The notes under the pieces were generated by a model. It saw only the letters and a program-made list of their open reading frames with translations. It was not told the DNA's origin and did no database searches. Made by a program: the position numbers and the translations under genes. From positions 1 to 14,391 of the IMG/VR virus record IMGVR_UViG_3300028985_000084: DNA of 14,391 nt, one strand, 5' to 3'. Origin of the DNA: a virus (taxonomy: Duplodnaviria; Heunggongvirae; Uroviricota; Caudoviricetes). Shown piece after piece: positions 1 to 7,184 of this stretch (position 1 is the first letter of the stretch; every line of letters begins with the position of its first letter).

Positions 1-1314
1 TTAACTTACTGATTTTAATAAGCCTCTGGTGTCACTTTGGTGACTATGGGGCATCATTGGGACATAATCTGTCAGCTTCTGATTCAGCATTGCGATCTGT
101 TCTGCATTACTGTCAGTCATCCATGCTCCGTATACATTGAATACCATCTGGGCACTTGCATGGCCCATCTGGCTGGCAATGAAGCTTGGGTTTGCTCCGG
201 CAGATAATGACCAGCACGCATAAGTGTGTCGTGACTGGTATGCTTTCCGGTGCCTGATGCCCGCACGCTTAACGGCTGTTTCCCATGAGTCGCCAATAGA
301 ATCTACCTTGTAGATAAAACCGACCTGTTTGCTTTTTCTAACCACCTGGGGGTTAAATACGAAAGTACATTCATGATTCACTGAGCGCCCATATTCACGT
401 AGTTGAACCTTGATGTGGTGCTGCTTACCCAGTCTTGTCATTTCAGCCTGATTTTTCAGGACACTGATAGCGGGCTGGATAAGATGCACAACCCTGTTTG
501 TACTTGCTTCAGTTTTAGGTAGAGTGAACTCACTGAGTTTCGTATAATTGCGCCTGATAGTAATAGTTCCTGCTTTCAGATCGATATCTTCCCAGGCCAG
601 GGAGACCAGTTCACCGTGACGCATTCCTGTGTACACAGCCAATGACCACAGGTTTTTCGTTTGCTGATGTCGGCAAGCATCTATCAGGCGAATAAATTCG
701 TCACGAGTTAGCGGATCTGGCTCTGCCCTGGCTCTTTTAAGAGGCTTAATTCCCTGGAAGGGATTTGCTTCTAAGTAACCGTGATCTGCAGCAAACTGAA
801 ACATTCCAGCGATTGTCGTCATGTAATAATTTACAGTAACGACGCTCCGTCCTTTTGCTGCTGCTTTGTTTTTCGTTGAATTCTGGTACCCGGTCAGCAA
901 ATCTTTCCTGATATACAGCAATTCCTCTTTAGTTACCGATGACACCAGTCTGCTGCCTCCAATTTTCGGAACCATCGTTCTTGCAACGGATTCATAGCGA
1001 TTGAATGCATTTGCAGAGATCTCCATTCGTTTCAGATCCAGCCACTTTTCTTCAAGTTCCTTCACCGTAATTTCTTTTTTACTTACCCCAAAAGCCTGAA
1101 GGTTAGGGGATTCAGGGAACTGTGCAGCATAATCAAAGCTTCCTGTGCGGATGGCAAAACATACCGATGTCCGCAGTTCCCCGGCGATCTTCCTGTTCTT
1201 GGCAGTGTCAGGGACACCAAGATTTTCCCTGACACGTTTACCTTTAAAATTAAACCAGATGCGTAATGTGCCGCCGTGGTTTTCGACGCCTGTTGGATAT
1301 TTGACTTTATCCAT
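1..1314 (-). CDS. int: Tyrosine-type site-specific integrase (phage integrase with N-terminal arm-type DNA-binding region)
   Basis: 437-aa ORF. ATG at 1314 preceded by GGAGG about 5 nt upstream. C-terminal region carries the tyrosine-recombinase pattern (RHRKAYQSRHTYACW ... GHASAQMVFNVYGAW, i.e. H-x-x-R and a terminal Tyr). Stop codon occupies window bases 1-3. Confidence 0.92.
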   Translation of the reverse strand: MDKVKYPTGVENHGGTLRIWFNFKGKRVRENLGVPDTAKNRKIAGELRTSVCFAIRTGSFDYAAQFPESPNLQAFGVSKKEITVKELEEKWLDLKRMEISANAFNRYESVARTMVPKIGGSRLVSSVTKEELLYIRKDLLTGYQNSTKNKAAAKGRSVVTVNYYMTTIAGMFQFAADHGYLEANPFQGIKPLKRARAEPDPLTRDEFIRLIDACRHQQTKNLWSLAVYTGMRHGELVSLAWEDIDLKAGTITIRRNYTKLSEFTLPKTEASTNRVVHLIQPAISVLKNQAEMTRLGKQHHIKVQLREYGRSVNHECTFVFNPQVVRKSKQVGFIYKVDSIGDSWETAVKRAGIRHRKAYQSRHTYACWSLSAGANPSFIASQMGHASAQMVFNVYGAWMTDSNAEQIAMLNQKLTDYVPMMPHSHQSDTRGLLKSVS

Positions 1315-1369
1315 TGATACCTCCAGACGCCCAAGAGCGATACGAGCTTACATACTTCATGGCATTAAA

Positions 1370-1606
1370 TCACCCAGGTTGTTTGTTTTTCATTGAAGCG
1401 ACCCAGGCATCTATTGCTTTTCTGTTATACATACATTCACTGGAAGGCTTTGGATTACCGTCTGGTGATACGTGAATATACTCTCTTCCAACCATCCAGC
1501 ATTCTTTCCGGGCCCGAAGAATTGTGCCTGGTTTGAGCCCGGTAATTGCGATTAGAACGCTTTCACAAACCCATTCATTGGGAGCCAGTTGAATCACATT
1601 GCCCAT
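1370..1606 (-). CDS. xis: Excisionase (Xis-like small DNA-binding protein)
   Basis: 78-aa ORF directly upstream of int in the same orientation (classic xis-int arrangement). Segment RARKECWMVGREYIHV resembles the lambda Xis core (VRRWVRECRI..DGREYLFH, from memory). GAGG SD upstream of the ATG. Confidence 0.7.
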   Translation of the reverse strand: MGNVIQLAPNEWVCESVLIAITGLKPGTILRARKECWMVGREYIHVSPDGNPKPSSECMYNRKAIDAWVASMKNKQPG

Positions 1607-1614
1607 GCATTACC

Positions 1615-1761
1615 TCACACAACACTCAGCCCACGGCAGTGGCACCACACTTCAAACATTCGTTTCACAATTTCACGACAGTAGAAACCGTCAACATCTC
1701 GTGTCAGGTCATAGCGATTGCCGTAACGCTGGTGGACCCATCGTTCAAATGCTTTATTCAT
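1615..1761 (-). CDS. Hypothetical small protein (48 aa, MNKAFERWVHQRYGNRYDLTRDVDGFYCREIVKRMFEVWCHCRGLSVV)
   Basis: Below the ORF-track size cut-off; found by hand. ATG at ~1761 preceded by AAAGGAAG; open frame to TGA at ~1615; fills the gap between two co-directional genes. Confidence 0.4.
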   Translation of the reverse strand: MNKAFERWVHQRYGNRYDLTRDVDGFYCREIVKRMFEVWCHCRGLSVV

Positions 1762-1764
1762 TCT

Positions 1765-2007
1765 TTACTTCCTTTTCATGGCCCGTAATTTTTTCAGATG
1801 AGCTTCCTGCTCTGTTTCTGCCAGAATTTTGCGGTACTCCTGGTGGTCAATATGTTCGAACAGGCAGTTTAACTCACCAATGCGTACCCGCCCGGATCGT
1901 CCGTCCATCCGTCGAAAGAACACTGAGTGCTCAGTGATGCGAGTAATCACCACGGGGTATCCGGCTCTGTCCGTGTATATCTGACTGCGTTGAATCAAAG
2001 CGAACAT
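1765..2007 (-). CDS. Hypothetical phage protein (80 aa from ATG; ORF track extends to a TTG at 2043)
   Basis: ORF track 1765..2043 begins with TTG and has no SD. The internal ATG (MFALIQRSQ...) at ~2007 has GGGGA 7 nt upstream. Stop lies 3 nt before the next downstream start. Confidence 0.5.
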   Translation of the reverse strand: MFALIQRSQIYTDRAGYPVVITRITEHSVFFRRMDGRSGRVRIGELNCLFEHIDHQEYRKILAETEQEAHLKKLRAMKRK

Positions 2008-2091
2008 GTGGTTATCCCCATCGACAAATCGAGAACACAACAAACGCTGCTGCGAATACCACCCCCAGAGTTACGATTGCATCACGCCAGC

Positions 2092-2925
2092 TCATTGATT
2101 CACCTCCTGCGGCGGTTCTGGCAGCGGCATCCAGTGGGTTACCTCCTTGAGATACAGGTCTTCGCCACCACCGTCATCCCAAGTGGGCTTGCCATCATTA
2201 AACCAGTCGCCATATACGCCGACCTGAGTGTTGGGGATGCTTGGTGGGTAGTTGTTTTTAAAGTCAGCAGCTAACACATAGCATTGTCGCTCTCCCATTT
2301 CTGGCATTCGCTCACTACAGCTTATCCAACTATCCGGAGTTACCGGAAGCGAGAACGGCAGCACATCTCTGTGAACAAGTTTTTGCTGTGACAGGTTATC
2401 CAGAACTTTCTGTACTGCTGCATCACCGAATACACCAAGCGCATCTGCCATAACTCCTACAACCTGATAAGCCTCAGCGCATACCGTGGATAAACCATCC
2501 GGAATTACCGGAGAGTTGCCGGGTTCTTTAATGTGCAAGCGAGGCTCACCATCTTTTGGCTCAGGCCACTGGCGCTCCATGTTGATCTTCAATTTATCTT
2601 CCATAGCAACGTTAATTTCAGCATCGCTGATGCCAGCACGGCGTTGTGCATCCCACAACAGAAACTGCATATCAGCCCACTCGCTAAGATCGTCTGGTTC
2701 GGCTGCGGCTTCCAGTGCCTCTTTTGAGAGGTGTTTCAGTGGACCAATGGGGCCAACGCAGCCAAATGTGGAGTCAGACCATTTGGCATGCTCGTGGCGA
2801 ATCTGTTCGCGTTCCAGTGATGCCAGTGCAATTCGTGCCAGTTCCATTTGTTCGCCACGGGTAAGCCCGTTTTCAAGCGGGTATTTAATGAACAATTCGA
2901 TACGTTCTTTAGTGATAGTGCTCAT
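2092..2925 (-). CDS. Two-domain phage protein: N-terminal MazG-like dATP/dGTP pyrophosphohydrolase-type domain (DUF550-like) fused to C-terminal DUF551-like domain
   Basis: 277-aa ORF; ATG at 2925 with AAGGAG 6 nt upstream. C-terminus (…WISCSERMPE…THWMPLPEPP) matches my recollection of DUF551 proteins; the N-terminal half resembles the prophage DUF550 family. Domain calls are from memory, not a search. Confidence 0.7.
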   Translation of the reverse strand: MSTITKERIELFIKYPLENGLTRGEQMELARIALASLEREQIRHEHAKWSDSTFGCVGPIGPLKHLSKEALEAAAEPDDLSEWADMQFLLWDAQRRAGISDAEINVAMEDKLKINMERQWPEPKDGEPRLHIKEPGNSPVIPDGLSTVCAEAYQVVGVMADALGVFGDAAVQKVLDNLSQQKLVHRDVLPFSLPVTPDSWISCSERMPEMGERQCYVLAADFKNNYPPSIPNTQVGVYGDWFNDGKPTWDDGGGEDLYLKEVTHWMPLPEPPQEVNQ

Positions 2926-2926
2926 A

Positions 2927-3676
2927 TCACTCTCCTTTGATGCGAATGTTTACAACCTGGCAGGCCTCTTTTAGCATCCAGTAAATAGCGTCTTTCCATG
3001 CTCCGGTTTCGGCTGGCGGATTCTCACGTTTTACCTGCTCATAGAAGCGCACAGCTTTAACCAGTCCTTCCGGCACTACTGGCGATGGCTGTTTAGCTTC
3101 TAAATCAGCAATTCTGTCAACCACGGCATCGACAGCATCTGAAAAGCCGAACCAGTTGCTCCACTCCGGCCTGTTACCGGTTGCTGCAAAGTACATATCA
3201 GCTAAAGCAGACTCAGCATGGTCACGCTCGTTAATGAGTTGCTCTTCGCTTTTCTCCAGTTCAGCAATACGCTTACTTCCATCCGAGATAACGCCCTCGT
3301 AATACTCACGCTGCTCGTTGAGTTGTGATTTTGTCTCCTCAAGTTCAGCAACCAGTTTTCGAAGCCCTTCAATCTCACCATTGCGAGCAATGAGGTCGCG
3401 GCACATGCTTTCGTTCTCATCCAGCAGTGCCAGCACGGTAGCCGGGTTAGCCTCTGCTATGAATTCAGCGTTTGCATAAGCCTGAGCATCTGTTTCAATC
3501 AGGCAGTTAACATGACATTCTGCAATCACGCCACCGGGTTCTCCTTTCCATTTTTGGCAAACAAAAACTCCTGTTAAATTGCCGTGCTGGTTAACAGATG
3601 TATGCCCTACGATGTAGCTTCCTTTAGTTGCTTTCTCTGCCGCCTCACGCAGTACCTGATAGTCAATCTTGCTCAC
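2927..3676 (-). CDS. Ead/Ea22-like prophage protein (coiled-coil rich)
   Basis: ORF track 2927..3709. Likely start is the GTG at ~3676 (VSKIDYQVL…), preceded by AAGGAGG and overlapping the upstream stop in a GTGA coupling arrangement. Central region (ANPATVLALLDENES…, heptad-like E/L/K) is typical of Ead/Ea22-like proteins. Confidence 0.7.
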   Translation of the reverse strand: MSKIDYQVLREAAEKATKGSYIVGHTSVNQHGNLTGVFVCQKWKGEPGGVIAECHVNCLIETDAQAYANAEFIAEANPATVLALLDENESMCRDLIARNGEIEGLRKLVAELEETKSQLNEQREYYEGVISDGSKRIAELEKSEEQLINERDHAESALADMYFAATGNRPEWSNWFGFSDAVDAVVDRIADLEAKQPSPVVPEGLVKAVRFYEQVKRENPPAETGAWKDAIYWMLKEACQVVNIRIKGE

Positions 3677-4023
3677 TGGTTGCCTCCTTTGCGAATCTGT
3701 TCCGCCCATTCTTCTAGGGATTTCTCCGCATATTCACCGGACAGGCCATCAATCGGGTGTGGTTCATTAGCCAACTCTTCTTTCGCTGACAGAATCATGC
3801 GTGTAACGTCGAAAACTTCACGTAAAGACTTATTGATAAATCCGTGATTGAAAGCCGCAGCAAGACGGCTTGCGGTATAGTTAATACCCTCGTTGCGAGC
3901 CTCAGCACGTACTTCATCGAATTTACGCACCAGATACTCAGCATTTGTTTCATTCACTTTCAGATCTCGTGGTACACATTTCCCGCGAAGAAACCCTTCC
4001 ATTTCGAAAACATTCATGCGCAT
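3673..4023 (-). CDS. Hypothetical early-left-operon protein (YfdS-like by position and size)
   Basis: 116-aa ORF; ATG at 4023 with GGAG 8 nt upstream; a second ATG at 4017 overlaps the upstream stop (ATGA). Confidence 0.6.
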   Translation of the reverse strand: MRMNVFEMEGFLRGKCVPRDLKVNETNAEYLVRKFDEVRAEARNEGINYTASRLAAAFNHGFINKSLREVFDVTRMILSAKEELANEPHPIDGLSGEYAEKSLEEWAEQIRKGGNQ

Positions 4024-4550
4024 TTGCGTAACTCCGATAACTCGTTAAAACGTTCCATAAACATCCCGTAGGCATGGCCTGGCGACAGTGGAATCACTTT
4101 GAACATCTCTGTTGCCGGGATACCTTCCAGTACAGGCCAGAAAGAGCTATCATCAAGCCCGAGATCGCGGCGTTCGGTTGCCAGCATGATGAGATCGGCA
4201 TATTTCACGGGCGTGCTCATAACCGGGGGTAACCCGTATTTCTCACGGATTACGGCGTCTATTTTTTCTTCCATCCGTTTATAGTCAGGAAGAAGGCGTT
4301 TCAGTGGAGCGGGAATATCCTGGCAATACGCTTCTGTTGCATCATGCATTAACGCTTCAAAAGCAAATTCCTGCGGCACCAGCTGGCTGCAAAGCACCGC
4401 ATGTTGGGCGACACTGTAGAAGTGAGAAAGATGACCGGCAAAGCGGCAGATATTTGAAAGGGAAACCGCGATATCGTTAATCACGATGTCGTCTTTATTT
4501 ATCCTGTCATAATAAAAATGCTTCCCGGAAAAAGTTTTAATAAATGACAT
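4014..4550 (-). CDS. yfdR: HD-domain phosphohydrolase, 5'-deoxynucleotidase YfdR-like
   Basis: ORF track 4014..4577. Preferred start is the ATG at 4550 (MSFIKTFSGKHFYY…) with GGAG 7 nt upstream, giving 178 aa. HD signature H…HD…D present (…HAVLCSQLV…EALMHDATEAY…). Follows a 274-aa yfdQ-like gene as in CPS-53. Confidence 0.8.
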   Translation of the reverse strand: MSFIKTFSGKHFYYDRINKDDIVINDIAVSLSNICRFAGHLSHFYSVAQHAVLCSQLVPQEFAFEALMHDATEAYCQDIPAPLKRLLPDYKRMEEKIDAVIREKYGLPPVMSTPVKYADLIMLATERRDLGLDDSSFWPVLEGIPATEMFKVIPLSPGHAYGMFMERFNELSELRKCA

Positions 4551-4643
4551 TTTGTTCTCCACGTATATGCGCTGCACCGCGCTGAGTTTGGGTAAAAGGA
4601 AGCCCTCACCATCCGGTGATTATTGAGTTAATTACGTTTCCAT

Positions 4644-4665
4644 AAATGCCCCCGCAGGGGCATTT
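4644..4665 (-). terminator. Intergenic GC hairpin (AAATGCCCC-loop-GGGGCATTT) between yfdQ-like and yfdR-like genes; possible attenuator or processing site
   Basis: Near-perfect 9-bp inverted repeat with 4-nt loop read from the sequence; only a weak U-tract follows on the minus strand. Confidence 0.3.
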
Positions 4666-4677
4666 GCAGTAATGAAA

Positions 4678-5502
4678 TCAGGCGGTGAAAGTACCAATAA
4701 AGGTTTCTACTTTGCTGTCTTTGAATTTCTCAACAAGCAGATCACGAAATTCGTTAGCCATATCTTCCTGCACCGCTTCCAGCTGAATAATGCGCATAAC
4801 CAGTACAGGACGATCGCCAGTGATAATGCTGAGGCGTAATTTAAACGGACGTTCTTTCAGACCTTCAAACGGAACGCATTTAAATTCAAATGTCACTGGC
4901 ATAATGTCTTTGGTCTTCGCTTCGACAGATTCCATCAGGGAGCGTTTGCCGCTGAAGTCATTGTCTTCAAAATCAGCGGTCTGGTTCGCTTCAATTGTGA
5001 TTTTACGGATCGCCGCAACCGCTTTGGTTGCCTGAATGGCGTCACCATTAGCATCAAAGCCCACAAGGTAGTCGGCCCAGTCTTCAATCCATTCTGCCAG
5101 TGACTTTTGGGAGTTACGCTCGCCATTAACAGACAACAGAGCAGAGAACGGTGCTGTCTTTTTCAGTTTGAGAGTGGCGGTGTTATCTGCGTGACCTGGT
5201 TCATCAATAGTACCCAGGTTAAGCACACTGACGGCACGCATATTATCGGCATCGATAAAGCAGCGGGTGCCTTCATCTGCAAGATCTTTAGAATAACGGG
5301 TAAAGTCATCGATGCTGGCAGTGGAAAGCGCACCACGGAAACGGAAGCGATTTAAATTAAATTTTTCCAGATCATGAATGCGGAAATTCTCAGGCAATGC
5401 CACAGCATCGGCACCAATCTTACTAATAATTTCATTAACACCCTGAGCAGAAATAAGGGCATGGATTTGATTAATTGCGGTTGCGTCTAAGTTCTGAGAC
5501 AT
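4678..5502 (-). CDS. yfdQ: YfdQ-like protein (DUF2303 family), function unknown
   Basis: 274-aa ORF; ATG at 5502 with GAGGA 6 nt upstream. Size and position between 120-aa and 178-aa HD genes match the CPS-53 yfdP-yfdQ-yfdR order. Confidence 0.75.
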   Translation of the reverse strand: MSQNLDATAINQIHALISAQGVNEIISKIGADAVALPENFRIHDLEKFNLNRFRFRGALSTASIDDFTRYSKDLADEGTRCFIDADNMRAVSVLNLGTIDEPGHADNTATLKLKKTAPFSALLSVNGERNSQKSLAEWIEDWADYLVGFDANGDAIQATKAVAAIRKITIEANQTADFEDNDFSGKRSLMESVEAKTKDIMPVTFEFKCVPFEGLKERPFKLRLSIITGDRPVLVMRIIQLEAVQEDMANEFRDLLVEKFKDSKVETFIGTFTA

Positions 5503-5567
5503 AATAAGTCCTCACTATATAAAGATATTCAGTGATGAGATAAATAATCGGTTAATTAAGAACGATA

Positions 5568-5930
5568 TTAATGACCTGCTGCGCGGAGTTTTCCGTCAGG
5601 TTCACCGGCAAGAGTCAGTAATTGTCCCTGGTCTTCCTGCAGAATAGTCAGGCGACCACCTCGATTGACATACATCGGCGTTTCGGTGGTGTCTTCTTCG
5701 GAGATTTTCCCGCGGTTAGTCGGGCGAACATATGAGAGTTTGTGTTTGATTTTCACACGGTTCTCATCAAACGGTTCGATGTCCAGATTGACCGAGACTT
5801 TACCTTTGTTTTTCGTGTTCATCACACCGGAAGCGACTTCACTGAGAACTGCGCCGAGTTTGGTTTCAAATACGCCGCCGTCCAGTTCTACGATAAATAC
5901 CTGCACATCAGTACTGCGTACGCTAGCCAT
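5568..5930 (-). CDS. yfdP: YfdP-like small protein (120 aa), first gene of the leftward early cluster
   Basis: ORF track gives a 182-aa frame (5568..6116). The internal ATG at ~5930 (MASVRSTDVQ…) has GAGGAG 8 nt upstream and yields 120 aa; the 62-codon upstream extension has no SD. Confidence 0.6.
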   Translation of the reverse strand: MASVRSTDVQVFIVELDGGVFETKLGAVLSEVASGVMNTKNKGKVSVNLDIEPFDENRVKIKHKLSYVRPTNRGKISEEDTTETPMYVNRGGRLTILQEDQGQLLTLAGEPDGKLRAAGH

Positions 5931-5978
5931 TTTGCTGCTCCTCATCATACCGACCCTGCAAGGTCGGTTGGTTTCTCC

Positions 5979-6067
5979 ACAAAACAGAGAAGAACACCTG
6001 CGGTGACAGCCGCCCGGATGGATTGGGTTATGAGCCCGTCGTCCGGTGATGCTCTTCTCTGTTTTGT
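5979..6067. repeat. Perfect 15-bp inverted repeat (ACAAAACAGAGAAGA … TCTTCTCTGTTTTGT) separated by ~59 bp, in the leader upstream of the leftward cluster
   Basis: Read directly from the sequence; arms are exact reverse complements. A 15-bp perfect IR is very unlikely by chance in 14 kb. Confidence 0.8.
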
Positions 6068-6335
6068 AAAAAGAGCGGTACCAGCCGGAAGCAAGTGTAC
6101 AAACTGGTACCGCCAAAGCAGTGGCTGTTGTGGTGACCGGTGCTGATCTCCGGCTTGCGGTTATTTCAGACTCTCACGGGCGTTTAATTGCCCCGCCGAA
6201 CAGCTCTTTTCCGCAATAGCTGCAATGTCTTTCGCGCATCAGCCTGCGCATTCACCACAACGCTAAGGATTCTCTCTGGTTGAAAATACTTAGCTGTTAT
6301 GTGCCTGCTTTTAGCCACATCAGGCGAGGTGGACC

Positions 6336-6399
6336 TGGTTATTCCCCAACAACAAGGATTTGGTTATTATGTAACCCTCCCCAACAACGATAAGGATTT
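6336..6399 (+). repeat. Tandemly duplicated module TGGTTATT … CCCCAACAAC … AAGGATTT (two copies, second with short insertions)
   Basis: Direct repeat read from the sequence. Each copy ends in AAGGA followed by an ATG: copy 1 gives ATG-TAA (start-stop), copy 2 gives the ATG of mini-ORF P1. Confidence 0.7.
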
Positions 6400-6401
6400 A
6401 T

Positions 6402-6491
6402 ATGGATCTATGTGTAGATAAGTATGAGGAGAGGCATGTGCCGTTAAGACAAAAGCCTCCAGTTCCTCCAAAACCACCCAAGGAAAACTGA
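6402..6491 (+). CDS. Proline-rich mini-ORF P1 (29 aa, MDLCVDKYEERHVPLRQKPPVPPKPPKEN); possible leader peptide/uORF
   Basis: ATG with AAGGA 5 nt upstream; TGA stop 7 nt before the ATG of the downstream membrane-protein gene; paralogous to two further mini-ORFs downstream. Confidence 0.35.
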   Translation: MDLCVDKYEERHVPLRQKPPVPPKPPKEN

Positions 6492-6498
6492 GACTAAT

Positions 6499-6993
6499 AT
6501 GACCAGAGACGATTATAAATTTTATGTTCACTACTCTTATGTATTGGAGAAGATGAATTACACGTTGTTAACTCGCATTGATAAATTAATAACGTTGATG
6601 TTAATCGTTCTCGGTTTTTCAGTTTTCGCCCCGTACAGTAATTTATTTATTTTCGGTTTGTTTGTTGCCGTACTTTCGGTTCTTCAGTTGGTCTATCAGT
6701 TTGGCCAAGAGGCTGGAATGTCTAAAGAGCAAGCGAGGCATTACAAAAGACTGCTGATTGAGTCTGATACCCTTCCTGAAGATCAGTTGCAAGCTAGGTA
6801 TTTAAAAATCCAAGATACTGATAGTAATCCATGGAAATCACTTGAACGAGCGGCTTTCATTCGGGCCTGTATTTTTGCTGGTGTTCCAACTAAGTACGAT
6901 TTAACAACCAAAGAAAAATTTATAGCTTGGTGTGCGGGAGATCTACCTCTAGAGAATGAACTAACGGATATTAATGATGACCAACAAGCATAA
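6499..6993 (+). CDS. Small inner-membrane protein with two N-terminal TM helices and a ~95-aa soluble C-terminal domain; candidate superinfection-exclusion (SieB-like) or abortive-infection protein
   Basis: 164-aa ORF in an AT-rich segment. Hydrophobic stretches LITLMLIVLGFSVFAPY and LFIFGLFVAVLSVLQLVYQF. On the opposite strand to the early-left genes and convergent with the repressor, the position SieB-type genes occupy in lambdoid prophages. Functional call is positional inference only. Confidence 0.65.
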   Translation: MTRDDYKFYVHYSYVLEKMNYTLLTRIDKLITLMLIVLGFSVFAPYSNLFIFGLFVAVLSVLQLVYQFGQEAGMSKEQARHYKRLLIESDTLPEDQLQARYLKIQDTDSNPWKSLERAAFIRACIFAGVPTKYDLTTKEKFIAWCAGDLPLENELTDINDDQQA

Positions 6994-7048
6994 TCCAGTT
7001 CACGGACATGTACCTCCGAAGCCGAAACCACCGAAACCGAAGAAATGA
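6974..7048 (+). CDS. Proline-rich mini-ORF P3 (24 aa, MMTNKHNPVHGHVPPKPKPPKPKK), overlapping the 3' end of the membrane-protein gene
   Basis: Open frame from ATG ATG to TGA; no clear SD. Peptide shares the H-V-P-P-K-P-K-P-P motif with P1 and P2. Confidence 0.25.
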   Translation: MMTNKHNPVHGHVPPKPKPPKPKK

Positions 7049-7067
7049 GACATAATAGGATTGGATA

Positions 7068-7136
7068 ATGAGTCGACCAATAGAGCCTTTTCATATTCCA
7101 CCTCGTCCCAGGCCACCAGATCCAGGCCCAAAGTGA
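7068..7136 (+). CDS. Proline-rich mini-ORF P2 (22 aa, MSRPIEPFHIPPRPRPPDPGPK)
   Basis: ATG with AGGA ~7 nt upstream; followed ~25 nt later by an intrinsic terminator; paralogous to P1 and P3. Confidence 0.35.
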   Translation: MSRPIEPFHIPPRPRPPDPGPK

Positions 7137-7159
7137 GGGTTACTGATTTTTAAAGAGCG

Positions 7160-7184
7160 AAGCGTCCGGTAGGGCGCTTTTTTG
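7160..7184 (+). terminator. Rho-independent terminator closing the plus-strand insert operon
   Basis: 8-bp stem AAGCGTCC / GGGCGCTT (one G-U pair) with GGTA loop, followed by a 6-7 nt T-tract. Confidence 0.65.

Noticed and set aside
2486-2974. Plus-strand 162-aa ORF, and similar antisense ORFs (1083..1334, 1145..1396, 1546..1788, 1599..1937, 1927..2274, 3202..3420, 3584..3847, 3844..4071, 4790..5035, 5107..5355, 5665..6006, 5742..6146)
   Set aside because: All lie antisense to, or heavily overlap, better-supported minus-strand genes, have low-complexity Ser/Arg/Cys-rich translations and no SD; judged to be shadow ORFs.
5949-5968. GC-rich hairpin (ACCGACC-CTGCAA-GGTCGGT) just upstream of the yfdP-like start as an intrinsic terminator
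   Set aside because: No U-tract follows it on the minus strand, where it sits about 10 nt upstream of the SD; more likely a leader structure than a terminator.
5931-6116. N-terminal 62-codon extension of the yfdP-like ORF (track ORF 5568..6116, 182 aa)
   Set aside because: The extension is Cys/Arg/Gly-rich with no SD, whereas the internal ATG at ~5930 has a GAGGAG SD and yields a 120-aa product matching the expected gene size.
6783-7094. Minus-strand 103-aa ORF antisense to the 3' end of the membrane-protein gene and to mini-ORF P3
   Set aside because: Antisense to an SD-equipped plus-strand operon, low-complexity Ser/Val-rich translation, no SD; the proline-codon periodicity supports the plus-strand reading.
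6402-7136. Direct assignment of the proline-rich mini-ORFs as antimicrobial peptides
   Set aside because: The resemblance to PrAMPs is compositional only and the peptides lack signal sequences; kept as a speculative reading within the finding rather than annotated as a feature.
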